Shown in pieces: positions 9,866 through 18,550 of a stretch of DNA of 63,240 nucleotides; within the stretch, counting starts at the first letter, position 1, and the number at the start of each line of letters is the position of its first letter. The notes beneath the pieces are model-generated. The model was not told where the DNA came from, did not search any database, and saw nothing but the letters and a program-made list of their open reading frames with translations. Position numbers and translations under genes: made by a program. The DNA is taken from positions 1-63,240 of the IMG/VR virus record IMGVR_UViG_3300025144_000001. One strand, written 5' to 3'. The stretch comes from a virus. Lineage: Duplodnaviria; Caudoviricetes.

Positions 9866-10396
9866 TTAGGTTACGCGGTGGTAAACCGCAACGATGAGAA
9901 CGTTGGATGCTAAAACATCGGGGCTTACTGAAGCATCTTCATTGAAGCCGCCGTCAATCTTGATATCGTCAACATCTATAGCGGAAGTGGGATATGTCCG
10001 TAAAATCCGACCAATCTCCTCTTCAACCAACCAACGTTCCTCCTTCCGCTGCCCCTTCGCCTGCTTTCCCGTCGCCAATGTTTTAAGCCGAATCTTAATG
10101 AGGTAGGTTTTCGTGTAGAGGCAGTGTTTCGGCGTGCCAAGGCTGAGAGTAATTGTGCGGTCTAGTCGGGAAGCATACATGTATAGGCGGTCGTCGGGTG
10201 TTGGGCGGACAACGGTTACTTGCGGGGAAGATATGGTTTCGTCGACGGGACTTGTTAGGAATTGAATTCCCGCTGTCGTTGCTCCGCTTTTTCTTTCGGC
10301 ATAACTGATTTCGCCACGAGTTGACGGTATCGCACCAGTGTCATTCCAATGATCTTTAAGTAGAAGCATTATCGCTAACTGCGGATCAAGGGGCAT
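9866..10396 (-). CDS. Tail completion/terminator-like protein
   Basis: Size and position just before the tail tube gene. Confidence 0.5.
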   Translation of the reverse strand: MPLDPQLAIMLLLKDHWNDTGAIPSTRGEISYAERKSGATTAGIQFLTSPVDETISSPQVTVVRPTPDDRLYMYASRLDRTITLSLGTPKHCLYTKTYLIKIRLKTLATGKQAKGQRKEERWLVEEEIGRILRTYPTSAIDVDDIKIDGGFNEDASVSPDVLASNVLIVAVYHRVT

Positions 10397-11022
10397 TAGG
10401 TTTTCACTCTCCGAATCAAAACTCTTTTCAAAAACGTGGTTCCCTTATACTGTCGCGGAAACGGGTAACCCTCCAAAATCTCAAATTCAATGTCCGCATA
10501 CACAATGCGGTCGTTGGTCGTAATCGTTTGGTCACCCGCCACTGTGACGCGCTTGTAATCGTCAACCGTGAAGCCTTCGCTGACAACAATTTCCTCCGTA
10601 TCCACGTCGTATGGACCGAAAACCTTGATGCTGGATTCAGTCCAAGTTATGACATCGTGGCCATAGTCCGTAGCCGTTGGATTTCCCGCGGTCGTTGAAG
10701 CCGCCGTATCCGTGTACGAAGCATTCGCCGCAGATGCGATGAAACAGTTAGCGGAGTCGAATGCGGGGGTGGAATCGCGGTAAACCTTGAAACTATCCGC
10801 AACATCACTCCAACTCAACGCAACACTACTTGTATTACCTGTTGTCGTAACCTTCGTGCAACTTGACGGCGTAGCCTCAACACTATCCGCGTCAAGACAC
10901 GTAATCTTGTAGTAGTAGGTGCCTACTGCAATGTTGCCACCCGTATTCGAAGCCGTAGCAGTCGGCGCACCATCAAATGTCGAACGCGACTTCAACGTAA
11001 CCGTGTTGCCGTGTGTTGCCAA
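10396..11022 (-). CDS. Head closure/head-tail joining protein with an inserted Fn3-like domain
   Basis: HGNTVTL N-terminus and DRIVY...EFEI C-terminus flank a GTYYYKITC...VALSWS...FKVYR...YTDT insert. True start probably TTG 11056 in another frame (see findings). Confidence 0.6.
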   Translation of the reverse strand: MATHGNTVTLKSRSTFDGAPTATASNTGGNIAVGTYYYKITCLDADSVEATPSSCTKVTTTGNTSSVALSWSDVADSFKVYRDSTPAFDSANCFIASAANASYTDTAASTTAGNPTATDYGHDVITWTESSIKVFGPYDVDTEEIVVSEGFTVDDYKRVTVAGDQTITTNDRIVYADIEFEILEGYPFPRQYKGTTFLKRVLIRRVKT

Positions 11023-11052
11023 AGCTCGCTTAAAAGCGGTTGAGCACTAAGC

Positions 11053-11691
11053 TCAACTACACCACCTCCCCAAAGCATCTTTCTTATTCATCCTCCTTCG
11101 TCTAAAATCAGGGTTCTTCCAATTTTTCAACATTGTTTTACTATTGATATCGGAGTATTTCTTTCGGGTATTTGGGTCAGCCCACCTTCGTAACATTACC
11201 TCACGTGCTATTCTACGTCTTTTTTCTCTATATTGTGGAGTCCTATGAGCTACAAGCATTTTTTCTCGAAAGAGAGGATCGTCCCACATTTTTCGGGATC
11301 TAATACCTTGGGCTTCGCTTACAGTAAGCGGAACCGTCTTAAGCCAATCTAAGGCATCCAACGCATTCTGTTTTTTTGTAATAAGATAGGGTAAAATCTC
11401 CTCTAGAATTTGCTTCAATACAAGTCGCCTATCAACATTAAGTACGTATAACGGTTTACGTTCGTAGGAATCGTGAGAATGAAATTTGGAACTATTATTC
11501 TTACGAAGATAGATATGGGCACCGTCTCCAATAATTTGTCTTGCTTTCTCCAAAAGTTGAACATCTGTGTTTCCAATTACAAAATTCCAACGCAAGTTCG
11601 TTCTCTTTTGGGGACGTGCCTTACTAATGCAGCCTTCTGTATCAATTAGACAAGCAAGCCATGCTTTGTCAATTTCATTCATAGTTACCAC
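11053..11691 (-). CDS. LAGLIDADG homing endonuclease with basic C-terminal repeats
   Basis: AWLACLIDTEGCI motif, IGNTD, PYLITKK; C-terminal W.DP..R repeats. Confidence 0.85.
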   Translation of the reverse strand: MVTMNEIDKAWLACLIDTEGCISKARPQKRTNLRWNFVIGNTDVQLLEKARQIIGDGAHIYLRKNNSSKFHSHDSYERKPLYVLNVDRRLVLKQILEEILPYLITKKQNALDALDWLKTVPLTVSEAQGIRSRKMWDDPLFREKMLVAHRTPQYREKRRRIAREVMLRRWADPNTRKKYSDINSKTMLKNWKNPDFRRRRMNKKDALGRWCS

Positions 11692-11789
11692 TCATTATTT
11701 TGAGCATATGGTCAAAATTTTAGACGCTTCCTCAGCACACATTGGGAGGACGAAACCTCCTCGGTTAACATGGAAATCCTTCTCGGATG

Positions 11790-12077
11790 CTAAAAATCAA
11801 ACACGTGGGCAAACGGATTTCGTCTTGCTAACCAGTCCCAGTTTGTGCGTCCGCCTTCCGCTAAACTGTGGCATCGATCGCATAGTGACCGTCCGTTTTC
11901 AACGGTGTCGTCGCCACCCCATGAAGTGGGGATTATGTGGTCGGCGTCGACGGTTCCCCCGCTTGGATCGTATAAGCCGCATCGCTGGCACGTGTAATTG
12001 TCCCGCTTCAAAATCTGTTCGCGTATTTCAGCTGGAAAACCGGGTCGTCTACGTCTACGCGGCGGTCGCGCAGCCAT
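11790..12077 (-). CDS. HNH endonuclease
   Basis: ILKRDNYTCQRCG...DHIIP...GG...N...LCDRCH. Confidence 0.9.
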   Translation of the reverse strand: MAARPPRRRRRPGFPAEIREQILKRDNYTCQRCGLYDPSGGTVDADHIIPTSWGGDDTVENGRSLCDRCHSLAEGGRTNWDWLARRNPFAHVFDF

Positions 12078-12433
12078 TAGTAGTCAATCTCGCCGATCGG
12101 CTGGTCATACGTAGTAATCGGCTTCTCTTCATATAAAGCGAATATTTCTTGCGCTTCCTCGAACCAACGTCCCTGCGGCGAATGGATTTCACGGTAGTCG
12201 TCGCCAATTGCTAGTGATTGGGGTTCACGGTTTTTGATTTCAATCGCGGTTAAAAGCGCACTTAAACGCTTAAAGTTGTTCGTATCAGTAGTTCCACTTA
12301 CACTATCTAAACCCGTCCGCTTCTTAATGTAAGCATCCTGCATATCAATCAAGTTTCCAACTACGGTAGCATTCAACGCAGTCGAGTCATAATCAACTAT
12401 CGCCTGCACGTCCGAAACACTACAAAACGCCAT
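12077..12433 (-). CDS. Head-tail adaptor (connector) protein
   Basis: AFCSVSDV N-terminus, helical, S..IGD motif; typical position. Confidence 0.7.
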   Translation of the reverse strand: MAFCSVSDVQAIVDYDSTALNATVVGNLIDMQDAYIKKRTGLDSVSGTTDTNNFKRLSALLTAIEIKNREPQSLAIGDDYREIHSPQGRWFEEAQEIFALYEEKPITTYDQPIGEIDY

Positions 12434-12447
12434 TTCAAATCACCTTT

Positions 12448-12594
12448 TTATTCTTCACTTTCCCAACGATAACCACATGAGCAATGGTGGTATTTCCCAA
12501 CGTGATGCTTCTCGGTTTTATGGCAGATATGTGCTCCGCTTGTCACGGCGCAATGGTCGCCGGGAGCCGCGTTCGTTAAGGCACATTGACTCAT
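12448..12594 (-). CDS. Small Cys/His-rich protein (48 aa)
   Basis: Manual translation MSQCALTNAAPGDHC...HICHKTEKHHVGKYHHCSCGYRW; fills the intergenic gap. Confidence 0.5.
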   Translation of the reverse strand: MSQCALTNAAPGDHCAVTSGAHICHKTEKHHVGKYHHCSCGYRWESEE

Positions 12595-12596
12595 TT

Positions 12597-13505
12597 TTAA
12601 ATCACTTTGAAGATTGTTTCAGCTATTTTTTCAGGGGTTAAACCGTAAAGACCGCGCAAATACTGTTGCGAGCCGACTTCATAGATGAATTTGTCGGGTA
12701 AGCCGATGCGCTTGAATTTTGCTTTTCGCCCCGATTCGCTAAGGTACTCGGCTACCGCTGAACCTAAACCGCCGATGACACTATGTTCCTCAACCGTGAA
12801 AATCACGCCAGTATCAAACACGGCTTTTCCGAGAATCGCATGGTCAAGCGGCTTAACCGTGTGCATCGAAATCAAACGCGGGTGAAAACTCCATTCCCGA
12901 AGTTTCTCCACGGCTTTCTTAGCGGTGTAAAGCATGTTACCCGTCGCAACGATTGTGAAGTCGCTTCCGTCGACGACGGTTATGCCTTTCCCAACTTCGA
13001 AATCGGGTCTTTCCACGTAAACCAAAGGCTCATTTGCGAGACGAATGTACATTGGCGTTTTCCATTCGACCGATGCTTCCGCCAACGCCGTAGCCTCAAA
13101 TATGTCACCGGGGCATACTACGGTCATGTTTGGAAGCGCACGCATAATCGCAATGTCTTCAGTGGGGTTATGCGTTATTCCCTGCGCACCGTAACATAAA
13201 CCTCCGCCTGACCCGACAAGCTTCACGGGTAAATTTTGTGCGCAAACATCAAGTTTAATTTGTTCGAAGCATCTTCCCGTTATGAACGGCGTAATCGCGT
13301 AGCAATACACGTTTTTGCCTGAAAGCGATAAGCCAGCCGCCACACCGACCATGTTTGCTTCTGCAACTCCGCAGTTGATGAAGCGGTCGGGTAAAGCTGA
13401 CTGAAACGGTTCGAAGAGGTTGAAGCCCATATCCGCTGATAGGAGGAAGATGTTAGGGTTATCTTTTGCCGATGAAAGTATGATGTTGAAGAATTCTTTT
13501 CTCAT
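12597..13505 (-). CDS. Transketolase, C-terminal (pyrimidine-binding) subunit
   Basis: RFINCGVAEANMVGVAAG, GITH, YIRL, TVKPLD, VEEH...GGLGS. Confidence 0.93.
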   Translation of the reverse strand: MRKEFFNIILSSAKDNPNIFLLSADMGFNLFEPFQSALPDRFINCGVAEANMVGVAAGLSLSGKNVYCYAITPFITGRCFEQIKLDVCAQNLPVKLVGSGGGLCYGAQGITHNPTEDIAIMRALPNMTVVCPGDIFEATALAEASVEWKTPMYIRLANEPLVYVERPDFEVGKGITVVDGSDFTIVATGNMLYTAKKAVEKLREWSFHPRLISMHTVKPLDHAILGKAVFDTGVIFTVEEHSVIGGLGSAVAEYLSESGRKAKFKRIGLPDKFIYEVGSQQYLRGLYGLTPEKIAETIFKVI

Positions 13506-13520
13506 TTATCTTCGGACCCG

Positions 13521-14312
13521 TCATTGCGACTCAGCGAAATCAAGTTCCTTCAACGCGGCTTCAAGTTGTTTTTCGTCGGGGCAAAGGTAATGCCATTCCA
13601 AACGGTCTTCCATAAACGATATGCCTTTCCCCTTCACCGTATGCGCGATAATAACGGTTGGTTTTTCGGGAACAAAGGGAACTCCGTCGAAAACATCGAT
13701 TAGCGCATCGAAGCTGTGTCCATCTACTTCCCGCACAATCCAACCGAAACTACGCCATTTCTCACCCAGTGGCTTCAAATTGTCAGTTCGACTGAATGCC
13801 CGCCACTTATTGTAATCCACAACTGCAATTAAGTTGTCAAGTTTACGTTGTGATGCAAATAACGCGGCTTCCCAAGTTGAACCCTCATCGCACTCTCCAT
13901 CACTGAGTAACACGAAGGTTCGGTTTCCCGCTAAAGCCATACCTGTGCCGATGCTTAAGCCATGTCCTAGTGAACCCGTTGTAACTTCAATTTCAGATGT
14001 GCAAACGGATGTTGGGTGTCCGGGTAAACGGCTTCCGTTACTGTGAAAGTTTTTCAGTTCGCTTCGATTAAGGATACCTTGATGTTCAAGAACCACATAT
14101 AACGCAAGTGCGGCATGACCTTTGCTTAAGATAAAGTGATCGTTTTCGCGAAGCACATGAAAGTACAACATGGTTAAAATTTCAACTGTTGAAAGCGAAG
14201 ACCCAATATGCGGCGTATGTGTTGCCGCTGATAACTGCACGATGTCACGTCGAATTTTAACCGCTAGTTCCTTCAGGTAACATGAACTGTGGATTTGACT
14301 TGAACCATTCAA
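13521..14312 (-). CDS. Transketolase, N-terminal (ThDP-binding) subunit
   Basis: HIGSSLS, LSKGH, GHP, TGSLGHGL, SDGECDEGSTWEA...DYN, TVKGKG; start uncertain. Confidence 0.93.
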   Translation of the reverse strand: MNGSSQIHSSCYLKELAVKIRRDIVQLSAATHTPHIGSSLSTVEILTMLYFHVLRENDHFILSKGHAALALYVVLEHQGILNRSELKNFHSNGSRLPGHPTSVCTSEIEVTTGSLGHGLSIGTGMALAGNRTFVLLSDGECDEGSTWEAALFASQRKLDNLIAVVDYNKWRAFSRTDNLKPLGEKWRSFGWIVREVDGHSFDALIDVFDGVPFVPEKPTVIIAHTVKGKGISFMEDRLEWHYLCPDEKQLEAALKELDFAESQ

Positions 14313-15204
14313 CGGTTTTCTTCAATCCTGCTTCCAAACTGAATTTCGGCTGCCAATTGAGGAATTGTTTAAGCTTAGTGTTGTCGGAAACCCATGTTTT
14401 CGGTTCGCGCCGTTCATCAAGCTTGTCGAATTGAAATATGTAAGTATCCGTTAGATTCATGATGATTTTCAGGACTTCCGTGACTGAATGCTGTTCACCG
14501 AAGCCGACATTGAAGATTTCCCCCGTGGTTGGCTTCTCAATCATGTTTGCGAGAACATCAACCACATCTTCGATGAAGATGAAGTCGCGGACTGCGTAGG
14601 GTTCGAAGAATGAAACCATCTCGTTTTTTAGTTGTGCGCGGATTAATGTCGGTATTAACCGTGTCGGAGCTTCATAGTACCCGTAGACTGAGAATAATCG
14701 TAGGATAGTGATTGGCAGTTTGTCGTTTAACGCTAATGTTCGACATAACGTGGTTGCAGTGGCTTTCGAGATGCCGTAAGTGTCAATTGGTTCAATCTCA
14801 TCGTTTTCCTTCATTGGTTTATCTTTCACACCGTACTCCGATGAGCTGCCCGTATATATGAAGTGGTTGAATCCAAGTTTTGCGCAGGCGTTTAGTAAGT
14901 TGTGTGTTCCCGTTATATTCGTGTCCATTATTGTGTCGAAGTCTTTTTGGGTACGTGGATATGCGCCGTGGGTTGCAAGATGAAGGATTACGTCGGGTTC
15001 GATTTCTTTAACTGCACTTGTGACGGCGGTTTCATCGCGGATATCAACTTCATAGTTGATTAGTGAGTTGTAAATGTCTTTGATTCGCCAAATCTTCGAC
15101 TGTGGCCTCGACATAGTATATAGGTCATATGGCATATCGATGAGTCGGCGAATAAGGTTGGCTGCTACGAAGCCAGTTGCACCCGTCACCAAAACCGTTT
15201 TCAA
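14257..15204 (-). CDS. NAD-dependent nucleotide-sugar epimerase/dehydratase/reductase (extended SDR)
   Basis: TGATGFVA, GSSSEYG, YGISK, RDFIFIEDV. Confidence 0.92.
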   Translation of the reverse strand: MKTVLVTGATGFVAANLIRRLIDMPYDLYTMSRPQSKIWRIKDIYNSLINYEVDIRDETAVTSAVKEIEPDVILHLATHGAYPRTQKDFDTIMDTNITGTHNLLNACAKLGFNHFIYTGSSSEYGVKDKPMKENDEIEPIDTYGISKATATTLCRTLALNDKLPITILRLFSVYGYYEAPTRLIPTLIRAQLKNEMVSFFEPYAVRDFIFIEDVVDVLANMIEKPTTGEIFNVGFGEQHSVTEVLKIIMNLTDTYIFQFDKLDERREPKTWVSDNTKLKQFLNWQPKFSLEAGLKKTVEWFKSNPQFMLPEGTSG

Positions 15205-15932
15205 CGGTTTCTCTCCAAAGGAGGAAGTTTACCCGTTTCAAGTAGAAAGTGCATTTTCTCGAGGGCTTGAGCGTAACCGCGAGTACCGGCAAAGTGAACC
15301 ACGTGAATTTCGTCAATGGAAAGGTTTTTGCAGGTTATTTCTTCGCCTACGACGGGGCGACCGTAGTTGAGTTCAGGGTGAAGTTCAATTGACCGCGCGT
15401 TTTCCTGCGAATAAAACATTTTATTGTAAATATATTGGTCGCTTCCCCAATGTTTCGGATCGTAACTATCCATTCCGAGGAATCCTGTGTTCCAGCACTT
15501 CATTGTATGGGGAAAATATTTGACTGCTGCGTTTAGAAGCGGTGGACCGTTTAGCCAGGGATTAAATTCCTTGTCTACGCAACCTGCAATGTTGAATAAG
15601 CGGAATTCGTTGAATCTGCCGAAGATTTCAGTGGGTCTTATGAAGCAAACATCGGGTTCAGTGTAAAGGATATTGCACGGCTGGCTTTCCCAAAGGCGAT
15701 GTATTTGATAGAATACGTCTTTCAATGCTATGTTCAGCGAAGTTACGGGAATTAACACATTTGCTTCCGTGAAAAGGATGTGTTCGTCTATGTCCTTTAG
15801 ATATTTGAAGGTGGATTGCGCGGATAAATCGTAAAGCTGCTTGCATATTTCGTATACACTTGCGCCTTCGGGAACATGGTAAAGTATCGAAACCCAAATA
15901 TTCCTAACTTTTCCCGCTGACAAATAATTCAC
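15201..15932 (-). CDS. Putative nucleotide-diphospho-sugar transferase (GT-A fold)
   Basis: ILYTEPDV (DxD-like), LNAAV, WGSDQYIYN, VVHFAG; sits in the sugar cassette. Confidence 0.6.
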   Translation of the reverse strand: MNYLSAGKVRNIWVSILYHVPEGASVYEICKQLYDLSAQSTFKYLKDIDEHILFTEANVLIPVTSLNIALKDVFYQIHRLWESQPCNILYTEPDVCFIRPTEIFGRFNEFRLFNIAGCVDKEFNPWLNGPPLLNAAVKYFPHTMKCWNTGFLGMDSYDPKHWGSDQYIYNKMFYSQENARSIELHPELNYGRPVVGEEITCKNLSIDEIHVVHFAGTRGYAQALEKMHFLLETGKLPPLERNR

Positions 15933-16529
15933 TTATATGCCATTCGAATTGCAAACTATGATGTAGCAGTTCCAAGGCTTTGCTGTGACGTTTTGTTCAA
16001 TGACTTTGAAGCCGTTTTCGAGGAGAAATGGAACAGCGTAACCGCCTTTCCCTTCAAAAGCCCCATTCACCCCCCATGTATCGTCGAACATTACGAAGCA
16101 TTTGTCGGCAACGAAATCAAGGAGTAACCGTGCAATTTCAAGATGTGACTTCTTGGAGTTCTCATTGTTCAACTCCAAACCATATTGCTTATACGTGTCT
16201 ATTTGCCCGATTACCGCTTTCGTATCTTTAATTTCATCGAAAATATAGTCGAAGCCGTCAAGGTAAGCGAAACATATTCTCTCATCTTTCGGAAAGATGT
16301 TTTTCAGGAAGTCTTCCGCTTTCATTTGAACGGCTATTGTGTTCGGTATCAATTTCGCGCGTTGATGAGCAACTATTTCGAAATCCACGCTGTAAAACTT
16401 CAAGTTATTTCTATGGCAAAAGTCAGCGAGAAAACAAGTGGAACCTCCGAAACGTTCGGAACCAACCTCTATGACGCTTCCTTTCAAACGGTTTTGATAT
16501 TTCTCAATTTCCCTAAATGGTGTGCCCAT
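15933..16529 (-). CDS. Class I SAM-dependent methyltransferase
   Basis: VIEVGSER.GGST, YSVD, FAYLDG, VMFDD. Confidence 0.75.
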   Translation of the reverse strand: MGTPFREIEKYQNRLKGSVIEVGSERFGGSTCFLADFCHRNNLKFYSVDFEIVAHQRAKLIPNTIAVQMKAEDFLKNIFPKDERICFAYLDGFDYIFDEIKDTKAVIGQIDTYKQYGLELNNENSKKSHLEIARLLLDFVADKCFVMFDDTWGVNGAFEGKGGYAVPFLLENGFKVIEQNVTAKPWNCYIIVCNSNGI

Positions 16530-17773
16530 TAATTTTCTCCGCCGACATAAATGACTTGCACACCCTCACGCCTTGGAATGTAACGCCATGGATCGATGAC
16601 GACACTACCTTGCGGAAACGGGAAATCAATCCATTCAGGATGCTTCGTGCCAATCAGGAAGACACTTGATTTAAAATTCGGTTTTTCCATGTCAACGTGA
16701 GGATCATACATAATGACGCTGTGGCCGCGTTCCTCGAGAATGTTTTTCAGTAGTATTGCGGGGCTTCCGACTATAATGTTTGTTTCAGGTTTGAAGGCTT
16801 TCCCCAAAATCACTTTGGGAAGCGGGTACTCATCCATTAAGTTAGCAAGCCATTCAGTTTGTTTCTCCCGCGCATTCATCACACTTTCAAACCAATCGTA
16901 ACTTAAACCAAGTTTACGGGCAAGCCATGACAACGCAATGTTGTCGCGGGGATGACAACCACCTCCATCACCTAGACCGCCGCTTAAATATTTCGGGGAT
17001 ATTACGCGGTCAGTTGCAAGCTTCAGCCCATCGGTTACAACGTCCACGTCGCAACCTGTTTTATGGCATATCTCCATCAATGTGTTTGCAAAAACGATTT
17101 TCATGCCGATAAACGTGTTATATGCAACTTTAATCAATTCCGCGTTTTCGACGGTTGTGCGGTAAAACGGCGCGTTGTTTATTGTGCGGTAAAACGCTTC
17201 CGCCTTTCTTGCGGCTTCCTCATCGTCTACGCCGAATAGGTTGAATTCAGGGTTTAGGAGGTCTCTGATGCAGGTTCCCATTGCGATGAAGAACGGGTTG
17301 TAGCAAAGCTTCACATGTTCATTTAGTAACGGTTTGATGTGTGTGCGGATCGTGGTGGGAAGCACGGTTGAAACAATTATTACTACGCGATCTACATGTT
17401 GCTCTGCAATTTCATCCGCTAAAGCTTCAATGCCTTTAATCAAGTAAGTGTAATCGAAGTCAACGCGCTCATCGGGTAAACGCGTTACACCCTCATATTT
17501 CTCGTGGTGAGGGGTTTGAATCGCAACGAAAATTAACTCGCATTCCCGAACAATATCTTTAAGCGATGTAAGGTGAATATGGCTTTTTTCGAGAAGTTCC
17601 TGCGCTCCTTCTTCTCGGTAAGGAATTTTGCGTTTCCGAACAATTTCAATTACGGTTGGGCTAACATCGTACCCTAGCACTTCGTAGCCTTTCGATTCAA
17701 TTGCTAGGGCGCAGGGTAACCCTAACTTACCTAATCCAACCCAACCGACTTTCACTTGGGAAGCCACATCCAC
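16529..17773 (-). CDS. UDP-glucose/GDP-mannose dehydrogenase family protein
   Basis: GLGKLG, AIQTP, STVLP, AELIK...N, GGGCHPRD, AFKPET. Confidence 0.93.
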   Translation of the reverse strand: MDVASQVKVGWVGLGKLGLPCALAIESKGYEVLGYDVSPTVIEIVRKRKIPYREEGAQELLEKSHIHLTSLKDIVRECELIFVAIQTPHHEKYEGVTRLPDERVDFDYTYLIKGIEALADEIAEQHVDRVVIIVSTVLPTTIRTHIKPLLNEHVKLCYNPFFIAMGTCIRDLLNPEFNLFGVDDEEAARKAEAFYRTINNAPFYRTTVENAELIKVAYNTFIGMKIVFANTLMEICHKTGCDVDVVTDGLKLATDRVISPKYLSGGLGDGGGCHPRDNIALSWLARKLGLSYDWFESVMNAREKQTEWLANLMDEYPLPKVILGKAFKPETNIIVGSPAILLKNILEERGHSVIMYDPHVDMEKPNFKSSVFLIGTKHPEWIDFPFPQGSVVIDPWRYIPRREGVQVIYVGGEN

Positions 17774-18489
17774 GGAAGCCGAATTTGTTTCCAGCGATTG
17801 ATGAAATTCGCAACCTTAATGATGTCTTGAACAAGTTGTGGCTGCAATTTCACCCATAATTGATTCACATTGTCGCGGGCACCCGCGTTTAAGCGGTCGC
17901 GGTGGGTTTCATCGATTACGGCTTTGCCAGCGGTGGGGTGAAGATGTTCAATGTAGATTTCAGGGTGGTAGCGGGCGCGATTGAGAGTTTTATGAATTGC
18001 GAATAGCCAATTGTCGCAGTAATCGCAACTGAAGTATGGAGGTGTAAAATAGCCGAGTATTTCGGCGAGTTTACGTCCGTAGAAGCCGAATGTTGCTAAT
18101 CGCTCATTTTGAAATCCGTCGCGGCCGTAAACGCAGAGTATTTTATCGTAGCATTTGTCGAATTCGTCGCGAACAATTGTGTCCCATCCTTTCGTGCGGA
18201 AGATGATGTCGTCGTTGCAATGCATGATGATGTCGCCGGAAGCTAATGGCAAACATTCATTCCATGTCTGCGCCAAAATCACGCGTTTGCCAATTCTCGC
18301 CTTTATTTGATTGCCGTAGACTTTCCTCATATCCTCAAACTGTTTTTGCGCGGTTACATCATCATCATCAATGCAAAAAACGCATTCAACATCCGTAGGT
18401 TTGTCTGCGTTGTAGAGTGCTGAATGAAACATAGCAAGCATATTTTGCGGTCGCTTACGCGTAGGACAGAGAAGACTTATCCTAACCAA
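17752..18489 (-). CDS. Glycosyltransferase family 2
   Basis: ISLLCPTRKR, IDDDD, NDDIIF, YCDNW; start reassigned to TTG after an AGGTG SD. Confidence 0.85.
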   Translation of the reverse strand: MVRISLLCPTRKRPQNMLAMFHSALYNADKPTDVECVFCIDDDDVTAQKQFEDMRKVYGNQIKARIGKRVILAQTWNECLPLASGDIIMHCNDDIIFRTKGWDTIVRDEFDKCYDKILCVYGRDGFQNERLATFGFYGRKLAEILGYFTPPYFSCDYCDNWLFAIHKTLNRARYHPEIYIEHLHPTAGKAVIDETHRDRLNAGARDNVNQLWVKLQPQLVQDIIKVANFINRWKQIRLPWMWLPK

Positions 18490-18550
18490 AAAAATACACC
18501 TGCGAACGCGATGAAAAGTGAAAATATGATTCATCATTCTCCTTTCGGAG

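Noticed and set aside
11692-11789. Hammerhead ribozyme or group I/BHB intron around the LAGLIDADG gene
   Set aside because: CUGAGGA is on the minus strand but the matching GAAA core lies on the opposite strand. I could not build a convincing BHB or group I core, or a spliced reading frame.
14257-14312. Programmed frameshift or fusion between the epimerase and transketolase N subunit
   Set aside because: The 56-nt overlap and weak TTG start are odd, but there is no slippery site. A plain overlap or an indel explains it equally well.
12597-14312. Transketolase as a central-carbon auxiliary metabolic gene
   Set aside because: It is coupled to nucleotide-sugar and glycosyltransferase genes, with no other pentose-phosphate genes nearby.
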